Assembly: GCF_009914755.1 (NCBI RefSeq) | Contig: NC_060931.1 | Length of the DNA: 64,000 nt | DNA from: the human T2T-CHM13v2.0 reference genome, Homo sapiens | Reading direction: 5' to 3' (one strand) | Shown here: piece after piece, positions 52,866 through 64,000 of the stretch | Layout of the letters: each line of letters begins with the position of its first letter | Position numbering within the stretch: position 1 is the stretch's first letter | The notes under the pieces: model-generated | Database searches by the model: none | Told to the model about the DNA's origin: nothing | Seen by the model: the letters and a program-made list of their open reading frames with translations, nothing else | Translations under genes and position numbers: made by a program

Positions 52866-55639
52866 TTAGTCACATTACCTAATTTTGAAAATTCATACAA
52901 CTGTATACCAAAAGAGTTAATTTTTTTCATTCAAATTTTGTAAAAACTGGCTGAATATCAGTTAAAACTAGTACTTTGTAATTTTTAAAAACTAACAAAA
53001 CAGAAATAAGATAAACTGAAATGTTCAAACACTATCTCTAAATGCCAAACTAAATTGACTGTTTGAGATTAAGTTGGTTTGCCTGCCAAGCCTGAGACTC
53101 TAATTTACTAGTTGATATAGTAAGGCTATTAAGACAAATGCAAAATGAGGCAAATAAGGTTATTTTGGTGAGTGAGAAGATGATGGCTTTTGCTTACTGA
53201 CTTTGCATCTTACTGACTTTGCATCAGTACTTTTGAACATATAAATATTGCCATTCTTTTTAATATGAAAAGTACTGAGGTGAAAATCTAAGTAATTTCA
53301 TTTCTGTCAATGAGGGTTTCTGGAAAATAATGTCAGATTTTCATTTTATTTTACATATTTTATTTTTATAAATGACCAAACAAATGAACTAAAGAAAACT
53401 AAAATTGGTTAGGATTGGATCATTTCTTAATATTTCCTAAAATAACTGTGGAAGCAAGTTTAGTGACTGTTATCATACTCTCCTCGGCTGCAGGATGTTT
53501 AAGTACCTCCTAGCTGAAAATTTCCACAGATTGAAGAGATCTGACTTGCCCAAGGTCACGACTACTCTCCAGGGAAAGGCCATATCCAGTGAATGATCAA
53601 TAAAGGAATTTAAAAGCCTAGACCCCTTGCCTCACAGCAAAACAACTGTGAAAGGCTATTGAGCACTAGACCTCAGCTTGGTGTCAGCTGAGCCTTTTGT
53701 AGCAATTCCATCAGAGGTAAACTTCTTCCTTTTACTTTCTTTCTGTTTTTTTTTTTTTTTAATGTTCCCAGATATGGATCTGAAGGGTAGTCACTAATAC
53801 ATTTTCTAAATGCAAATCTCCACATCAGAGTCTGTTTTCTTAGAAATCGGACCTATAGAGTTGGCTCCAGAAAGGGTGTGAGGAGGCAGACTCTGAAAGG
53901 AGATATTGGAGCTGTTTCACCTTCTGACTGGCTGCAGATGAGGAATCCAGCTGTGATGGTATGTGAAGTGTTGGGAGACCTGGCATGCTGCAGTAATGTG
54001 ATTGTTAAAACTTCACAGGTGGAAGGAAATTCATTGGCAGGTGCAATGTTTCAGGCTGAGAAAATGATTTCAGAAATTATAGAATTGGATGGGGTATATA
54101 ATGTGCTGGAGAAAAACAATGCAAGACTGAGGTTGATTAATCACTAGTGAAACATTAAGTGTGAAAATTCTGGCAGCAAATAAAGACGTTCTCATCTCCC
54201 ATAACTGAAAGGTTGAAGAAGGCAAGGATGAAGTTCATATTTTAACCTTTACAGGGAGAAGAGGTTGAGAGCAGGTTGAACTCTCAATCCTGGAAGGCCT
54301 TCTATGCCAATATGAGGGCCTTGATTAGGAAGGAGTGAGATCTTGAGATGTGAGATAGGGACATTCATGTTGATGCATTTGAAACTTAAATTACTAGATT
54401 CCGCTTAAGTCTTTGACCTTCAGTGGTAGCTCACTCCTTTCTATTAAAGGCTAGCACTCCCTGTGCTTAAAGATGATGGAAATGATTGTTTCTTGCAATA
54501 AAATACAAACTCTATCAGAATTTATTGCCGTCTGCTCTTCTGGCCACCAGTATGTCTCAATATAACCTGACCAGGAAAGTCCTGGGTCTTTCGGAAGAGA
54601 AAAAGACCAACCTCAAAGGAGCTACAGAACATATATCAGTACAGAACACATATCAGCAACATATATCAGTAGGCTGCAATAGAGTATGCATGGGATTTGA
54701 TCCTGAGAGTACTGAATCAAGGAGGATTTATAAAAAAAAAAGTTTATTAATATTGGGAAAGTCTTCCATAACATAGAATTTCACACCCTAACAAGGACCC
54801 AGGAAATAATGATATCATAAGGGCTCTCAGCAGCATGAAGAAAGTGATAGACCATATTATATGCAAGACAGGTGCCAGAATTCTTATCAAAAGTAGTAAA
54901 AGAAGGGATTCAAAAGGTTCAGAGATGCATGCTAGAGGAATATACTGTGTAAGTCACCAGATGACTGTCACACGTGAGATCTCAGAGGACACTGAATTTA
55001 CCAGTGATCTGGAATACACTGATGAGAAGTGCACCAATATAATTGAAAAACTCAGGGATGGCCATCTTTTGTAAGCCAGGGAAGATGGTGGAAGATGCTC
55101 TCATAGAACTGGGTTCACTGGTAACAAGGGAGATCCCAAAATAATAGATGCTAAGTGGCTATGCTTAACCATCAGAAGGAATGTGTGCACGATTGCTGTA
55201 ATAAGCAGCAAAATCAAAGTGGAAGCCAGGAGACTCTGGCCCGCAGAAAGCTATTCAGTTCCTAGGGGTAGGAAAACAAAGATTGTTTCTCAATTGTAAT
55301 AATAAAATATATTAAGGATGAGTGACCTGGAGCATGGGGGCAGGTATCTCAATAAAATGTCACAATAGTTTCCGGACCTGAGCGAAATCTCAGATCTGGA
55401 AACCAGATTTTGATTGGCCAAAAAAGAAGCTAGGTCTTGATAAGGAAGTATTCTGCAATACTATGGCAAGTGTATATGGCAATGAATTCCTCTGTTTTCT
55501 TCCAAAGCAACCTATGACCAGGACAAGCTTCATGGGCCTATCATTTGCCTCTGTACTCAGAAGGGTTCTGTCCTTGGTTTAATGCTCTGCTGTTATTATC
55601 CTGAAATTCTTATTAATTTTTTCTTTGACTCTGTTTTTT

Positions 55640-57078
55640 TTTTTTTTAATTACCAAATGTATTTATTTCTCAGAGTTCAAAACATTATGTGAGAAGCTTT
55701 CCTGGCCTAGATAGAGATCCAGCTTCTTATGCCTAAAACTCAAATTTGAAGTATTTTATTCATGTCCCTGCAAGGGACATGAAATCATTCACAGAAAACC
55801 AAACACTACATGTTCTCACTCATAAGTGGGAGTTGAACAATGAGAACATATGGGCACAGGGAGGGAAAAATCACACAGCGGGGCCTGTCAGGGGCTGGGA
55901 GGCAAGGGGAGGGGTAGCGTTAGAAGAAATACCTAATGTAGATGATTGGTTGATGGGTGCAGCAAACCACCATGGCACATGTATACCTATGTAACAAACC
56001 TGCACGTTCTGCCCATGTATCCCAGAACTTAAATATAATAAAAAAGAAAAAGAAAAAAATAAGAATTCATAAAAGGTAGAGGTTGAAAAAAAAATTCAAA
56101 GTACTGTAGGTTGAAGTAGTAGATTATGGTTGTAACCATCCTCACTGCCACTGCTGTAGCTCTTGCCATCAGGATGGAAGGCAACACTGTTGATAGGTCC
56201 AAAGTGCCCCTTGACTCTTCTGAACTCTTCTTCAAAGGCCAAATGGAGGAACCTGGACTCAAACTTGCCAATCCTAGTGAAGGTTGTGGTTACATCCATG
56301 GCTTCCTGACCACCACCCAGCACAATATGGTCACAGTTGGGGGAGAGGGTAGCTGAGCTGATGGGGCTTTCTGTTCAGAAAGTCTTCTGATGTTGAAGAG
56401 TCATAGAGTCAAAAAGCTTGGCTGTGCTGTCTTTGGATGCAGTGACAAACACGATCATGTCCCTGGATAACTGGATGTCATTAATCTGCTAGGAGTGCTC
56501 CTTAATATTCACCAACACCTCTCCAGGCTTGGCACTATACTGGTTGAGCTTTCCACTCTCATGGCCTGCAATGATGCACTCCCCACAGGAGCCCCAAATG
56601 GCACTAGTGATTTTAGAGTCACTGCAAGGGATCTTCAGGTAGCACTCATTGCTGTCAATCTGGCTCAGATCCTGCAGGTCAAAGAAGCTCACAAAGCACT
56701 GATAGCTTTTCTGCTTCTCCATGGAGAACGTGATGATATTGCCCCCAAAGTCAAAACTGCAGATCCACACAGTTGAATTGGTCTTGAGTAGGGCCAGCTG
56801 TTTCCCTGTTTCACAGGCCCAAAGATGGTTGTCAGCTGAATGGGTGAGGACATGCTTGGTGTCCCAGTCAGCGTCCACATACCACACAGCTCTGGTATGG
56901 CCCATGTAGATGCCCAGCCTCTCACCATTCACAGAGTATCATGCATTAATGATAGGTTCCTTGGCCACGGTGAAGAGGAGGTCTCCTTCACAGTTATACT
57001 TCACCTGCCTAATGACCTGCTCATGGCCCTACAGTAGGACCAGCTTCATCCCAGCAGTGATGCAAGGAAAGCTGCAAC
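55640..57078 (-). pseudogene. EIF3IP1: Processed pseudogene of eukaryotic translation initiation factor 3 subunit I (EIF3I, WD40); the symbol EIF3IP1 is inferred
   Basis: Intronless. ATG at 57049 (MKLVLL*GHE...), NGERLGIYMGHT...DADWDTKHVLT and [12 protein letters not shown]...[20 protein letters not shown]. Stop at 55727-55729, AATAAA at 55667-55662, poly-A, TSD TGA(C/T)TCTGT(T/G)TTTT at 55626-55639 and 57079-57092. Contains stops and frameshifts. Confidence 0.95.
55754..56091 (+). mobile_element. Short L1PA(7/8-like) 3' fragment inserted in the EIF3I retrocopy
   Basis: L1 3'UTR 55791-56040 and A-rich tail. ~37-bp inverted 5' piece. 12-bp TSD at 55742-55753 and 56092-56103. Confidence 0.92.
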
Positions 57079-60000
57079 TGATTCTGTGTTTTATATGTCT
57101 GATTTAACAAAGACTATGTATGCAAGCAGAGGAGATTGAGTAGGCACCATCTGTGTGCTCTCCCATTCTTGTCATTCCATTTGCACATAGCATTGCTCCA
57201 TGAGCACGGAAGTCTAGTGGATCAAGGAAGCACGGGAATTCATTGAGACTCAGAGTGAGTACAAGTGTGTTGCACTTATGACTAGGTAATGTGGTCTCGA
57301 AGGCTACATTTTCCAGTTGAATCAAAACTTGCTTTAAACACAGAAGGAAGGCAGTTACATTCTAAGAAAAACAATGTCCAGGGAGCCCTTTTATCTCCCG
57401 CCTTACTCTTGTTACTTGCCTGCATTCGTCAACCACTTATGCTAAAAATGATGATGCAGAAGAAAAGAGAGCAATCTGTGTTCCTTTCCTTTAGACATTC
57501 CTGACTCATAGTAACCTGAAGGTAGAAAATGTTGGTAGAACGTGTGCATATCAACAAGTAAAATTAAAATGGTTGGGTTTTATGAAGCATCTCCATTTCT
57601 GAAAAGAATGAGGTATATATACAATGATGAGTTAGAAAATATGAATTATGTCATTTTGGCAATTCCTCATATGAATTAAATGTTCTCATATTTGCCTTTA
57701 AAACTAGCATTGCACAATATTAAGGTGAACAGCAAAATATATGGTAATAATATAAAGTTTTTTTTTTTTAACTTTAGGGTAATAAATAGCAAATAAAAAA
57801 TGCCATGACAAATCTCAGGGTAAAGGGTACCTTTCACCATGATGAAGGAAGGATAATACTTGCTAAGGCTCCTCAGATAATAGACGCAGCATATTCCTCA
57901 TTTGGGAATACTTCTTCAACCCATATTCTAAGTAATGTAAAAGGCTTCCAGCTTTAAGTAGGACCCAGAGCAGAAAAGAAGTCTGCATCAGGTCTAACCT
58001 GTGGAACATACAGCTGGAAAGCACACAGTTATGAGTTCATGGGAAGTTCCCATAGAATAATCACAACATAGACCCATAGCATTCAGGATTATCAATAATG
58101 AAGAATAATAAACATTTTTGAAAAATAGCTCCTTGTGAGCTATTGAACCTATTAAAAAATGGAGACACCAGTTAGCCAGAATTGTCCATTAAAAGTTGTA
58201 TTCTATCAGACACATCAAGTCACAGTACAATGGAAATAATAGATTAGCCATGACTAGAGGCAATCAAAGGGTTATGCAGACGTAAGTAGGATGAGCAAGG
58301 GGTCAAGACCCTCATGTTTTCTGACTCTCTTGAACCAGCTTTTCCCTCAGTTCATAGCTATGGCCAAATGGGGGATCCTTTATAACCAGCTGATGGAGGA
58401 GAGAATAGTCAAAATTGGTTTAAGGATAAAATTTGGTTCAGACCAATCCTAATGGGAAGAACTGTAAGTGGTTATCTCGGTAATCCACTTTGTACGGAAA
58501 GAAAAGTAGTTTGAAATAGAATTGTTATCAACCCTAAGGGAGTATCAAACAACCTAATTGCTTAGTCAGGTGCTTAGAAGAAGAAACATTGATAAATCAG
58601 AGCTAAAAAGGTCAGAGGCAAAGCCATGTGGAGAAATCTGTAGGCAGGGGTATAAAGAACTTTGCAGCAGTCAGCCAGTTGATGCCAGTAGCCTTTTTCA
58701 TTGGCCATGAATGGAGAAAGTAGCACAGTGACAGATAAAGGCTAACAGCCTGGGGTACACTCAACAAAGTTAGTCAAGCTACTACTGCTAAAAAATGTTC
58801 AACTTGCAAACAACAAAGACTTAAGCTCAGTTCTACCCATGGCACCATCTTTTGAGGGGTCCAACAAGAAGTCTGGTGGCCAGTTGCTTACATTGGACTA
58901 TTCCAGCCTGGAAGAGACAGTGATTCATCTTTACTAGAATTTACACACACATGTTCAAGGTAAAGTTTTGCCTAATGTGCTCTTAGGGCCTCAGTCAGCA
59001 TCACTATCCCATGGGTTTACAGAGTATTTGACCCACTGCACAGGATCCTATACAGTATTGCATAAAAAGCAGTCTATAGAAAAGACCATGTGGTGGTAGC
59101 CACATAACCACTGACTCCATCACATACAGCACCAACCAGAAGCTGCTGGCCTGATAAAACAATGAGACATTCTACAGAAGATACAACTGCAGCACCATCT
59201 TGGAGATGAGATCCTGAAAGGACGGAATACCATGAACTAGAACAAAATAATACCCTAAACCAGTGACCCATAATATGCCTTCATGTCCTTGTAAAGCAGA
59301 ATAAACAAGTCCAGAAACAAAAACATAGACACAGAAATGGCTCCACTCACCAACACATCTAGTAATCTACTTATTTTTGCTTAAACATCCCATGGACTCT
59401 GAATTATGTGGTTTGTTTATAGGTCCAGATCCTAATGCCAAGAGACCACCAGACAAAATGAAAGAGTCACCATTCTGGCGGGGATAATAGACTGACCATC
59501 AGGAGTAGGCAGGCCAAATAAGTGGGGGTAAAGAAGAATATGTTTGGCAACTAGATGAGAGCCCCTGTTGTGATGCTAGCCCAATTTTGTAACAAAAAAC
59601 AGAAAATACAACAGCCCTGGTCTGAGTAGATCATGGTGACTAGTGGCTCAAATCTAATAGATATAAAACTCTGGGCCATTCTTATAGTTAAGGCACCAAA
59701 GTCAGCACAGCTTACAGAAAGGATCAGGGGAATCTCTAATGGGTGATACAGGAGGGAGACAAAGAATATCATTTGCAGCCTCAGAAAAAACTGCAATGAA
59801 GTGAGAATAGAAAGTCTGTGATTTATCTCACCATTCTCTCCTATGATGTACTTTTCCAGGAAAAGTGGCACACAAAAATCCTGACAGAGCTCTCTAAGAA
59901 CTCATGTGATACATGTAGAACCGCACAGGGCAAGCAATGGATGGTAGTGGATGCCCTGGTGAGCCATGCAGGTTACCTGCTGCACCCCAGCCCTGAAACA

Positions 60001-60574
60001 CTCATTTTCCCAGCTATTCGGGAGTGTTGGCAACTCACAGCTCTCACCTGAGTTCCTCTCAGGTCATCATCCTCAGATGAAGTCAAACCTTATTTGAGTC
60101 AAAAATTACTTCATTAAGCAAATTTTTTATAACAATGAAACATCAACAGCCTGTTAGACTGAGCAAGAGCAAAGTATACTAGAGTTAATAAACAGGTTCC
60201 CATGTTTGCTTTGTCTTGTTTTCCAGACTTATCAGGATGATGGGGCCCATAATGACAGCTAGGGTCTTGTAGTATTAACCTCCTTGTGGTTTACTTTTTT
60301 CCCTGATATGCTATGGATTAGCCATGACCAAGATTCTGGTATATGTTTCCTCTCTCCTCTCACAACTCTTGCTGTCTCTTTATTTGATAGAATTTCTCCT
60401 GTCTACTACCAGTCCTTTTCCTCTCCTGGAATCCAGAGGCATGTCATTCAACCCCAACTCAGTAACTCAATATCTAGTAATCTTGGAGAAATTTCCTGGA
60501 CACAAAGTATATGCTTAGAGTGCCAACTTTGCCTTCCTGGATTCCTCATAGTTATGCTCTAACTTCCTACTGGT

Positions 60575-61976
<1,402 letters not shown>

Positions 61977-61978
61977 TG

Positions 61979-61982
<4 letters not shown>

Positions 61983-62009
<27 letters not shown>
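61983..62009. repeat. (TG)n microsatellite
   Basis: About 13 TG units, directly visible. Confidence 0.97.
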
Positions 62010-62435
62010 ATAATATATATACAACATCAGGTGGTAATGGATTACATGGAAAAAATCTAATCAGTAAAGAAGGATAGGGAGTAATAGAAGCAAAAAGAGT
62101 AGGTTAGAATTTTCAATCGATAGAAATATCAGGAGAAGCCTCCTTAAGACAGTTATATTTACCCCCAAAGAAGAAGCAGCTGAGGATAGAAGACATGATA
62201 AAATACATTACCAAGAGAGGAGAGAGTAAATGCAAAATCCCTTGTGCCTGGAACGTTTGAGAACTACCGAGAAATAAATCATTGATTATTACTATTATTA
62301 TTCAAACTTTTTCAAACATCCTATGACATTATTTTTTGTCCCCATCTTGCAAATAATGAAATGGAAACTTAATAAAGTTACCCAATAAGTTACAATAAGG
62401 TTTCCTTCCAAGGAGCCACACTGCTTGCCATGAAC

Positions 62436-62647
62436 CAGAGTTTCTAAAGGTGGTGCATATTTTGGGCTAAATAACGTTTTGTTAAAGGGGCGGTGGGACA
62501 TATCCTGTGCATCACAGATCCCTGCTACTAGATGCCAGCGACATCCCCCACAACACTCTCATGATAACCAAAAATTTCTCCAGACATTGTTAGATGTCCA
62601 CTGTTGAAGTGGAAGGCAGTGAAATCATGTCCATTTGAGAACCACTG
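62436..62647 (+). mobile_element. MER20 (hAT-Charlie MITE)
   Basis: 'ctactagatgccag...ctccagacattg...ttgagaaccactg'. Confidence 0.85.
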
Positions 62648-64000
62648 TTACAAAGTAATCCAGATGACAGGCAAAGTAGTCATTCTAAATGACTACAAGT
62701 GAAGTTAGGTCTTATTGATAAGAAATGACAAATTAGTTGCAGCACAGTGATGATATGTATGCCTGTTAATGGTCATTTTATGTATAATTGGTTGACTCCA
62801 CTATAAGGCAATGTGAATCAGCCTTAAAGATAGACCCAAACACCAAATTTATTAGAGTAGGCTTATGCTAAGCATTACTCAACAATATGCATATAAAATT
62901 AAAAGCAAGCCATGGAAATTCTGAGCAATTTTACTTAGTTTTAGCTTGAAAATATGTTTCCATGTATTTTATTAGCCTAATTCATTTTATTAAAGAGCAT
63001 AAAATATATTTTATATTCTAAATTTTAGGACAAAGGTATCATTAGATTTTATTGATTTTCCAAATAAGTTCATTTATGTAAAATTAACTCATAATGAGTA
63101 TACACTAGCTTCACAATATCTTGAACTCTTCAACTACAATTTATATACCCTGCAACTAATACAGTTAGTATGCTTTCAAATGCTTTCTATGCCATTTATT
63201 GAAGGTGTGGCTTGGTAATATATTAAGCATGTCTTACGTACCTTAGTAAAAAATGCATAATTGTGGATTAAGGAGGCTCAATTCTCATCATTTAAGCTAA
63301 CATATGCAAGATTTTCCTGCTTTTTAAAGGCATATTTCCATTTTACCACTGGGGCTATCTATGGCTAAATGATAAATGGATACTATCATGGAATAGTTTA
63401 AGCAATGCAGTGGATAAAGCGGCTCTGAGTGCATTCAGGCATGTGTTGAGAGAAGGTGGTTTGGAGGCTCTTTGACTGGCCTTAACCTTTCAAAAGGAGT
63501 TTCTTCCCTGACCTTCTAAGCAGAGCCTACTACCGCTGGGCCAGTAGTATTTACGGCTTTGCTTTCCACCAGGCATTAAGAGCCCTCCTGCCAGATGAAG
63601 ACATATGAGCATGTTAGAGGAGGAATTGTGAACTGGAGCAGTAGTTTAAAACATCATTTGAGCTCATTAAAAATTAGAATATAGTTACAATTCTAATGCT
63701 GTTTAATCAAGCACCAAATCATAAACTCTTTCTAAAAAACATATGCCTCCGAAAATATTTATAGAAAAATACTTACTCTAAACCTACCATATTCCTATGT
63801 ACAGAAAAACAATGAAGCATGTCATTTGTGACTTTAAAATTGTTTTTCAAAGTTCAACATGATTGAGACATACTTCTTAAACTGATTTAAACTGCAAAGT
63901 TTATGAAGTCAAAATCCTATGTGGCAATTATCTTTCTTATATTTTCCAAAATTGGGGTTGACATCTTAATGAAATATATGGATATAAGGTTTCTTTTTCC

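Larger units (their letters stand above)
55518..57815 (+). mobile_element. MER45 (hAT-Tip100) element split by the EIF3I retrocopy (55518-55625, 57079-~57815)
   Basis: 'caggacaagcttcatggg...ctcagaaggg...cttggtttaatgctctgctg...gaaattctta' matches the recalled MER45 5' end. The right boundary is approximate. Confidence 0.7.
53447..60065 (+). mobile_element. Degenerate ERVL provirus (LTR16 / ERV3-16A3-like): 5' LTR ~53447-53858, internal, partial 3' LTR ~59942-60065
   Basis: LTR end 'gcaaatctccacatcagagtctgttttc...gacctataga'. From 58796 an integrase remnant reads CSTCKQQRLKLSSTHGTIF*GVQQEVWWPVAYIGL, resembling ERV-L CxxC...WWQVDYIGP. Confidence 0.8.

Noticed and set aside
56489-56932. 147-aa EIF3I-like ORF as a functional retrogene
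   Set aside because: There is a stop at codon 7 of the full frame, further stops and frameshifts, and an L1 insertion in the final codons.

Overview
AT-rich, CpG-poor primate DNA, almost certainly human because it carries L1HS Ta and pre-Ta diagnostic nucleotides. It looks like gene desert or deep intron, and I see no intact host protein-coding gene or RNA gene. Positions 2.3-22.1 kb hold a LINE-1 cluster. A full-length L1PA3-like element (+, 2329-11125) has a twin-primed, 5'-inverted L1HS-Ta nested in its 5'UTR (2922-5538). A short pre-Ta L1HS follows (-, 12082-12525), then a second, older full-length L1PA (-, 15907-22118). The rest is a mosaic of Alu, MIR, L2, old L1, MaLR/ERVL/ERV1 LTRs and hAT/Tigger DNA transposons. 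It includes an EIF3I processed pseudogene in a four-level nest (ERVL provirus > MER45 > EIF3I retrocopy > L1 fragment). The three most interesting signals are: (1) non-consensus variants shared between oppositely oriented L1 copies, suggesting ectopic gene conversion or inversion activity; (2) an unexplained hairpin-rich segment at 11.3-12.0 kb with a duplicated 146-bp unit bracketed by 27-bp inverted repeats; (3) a TSD with opposite-strand CpG decay that orders the events in the EIF3I retrocopy. Repeat subfamily names and consensus comparisons come from memory and need RepeatMasker/Dfam confirmation. I found no support for a genuinely new protein-coding system.
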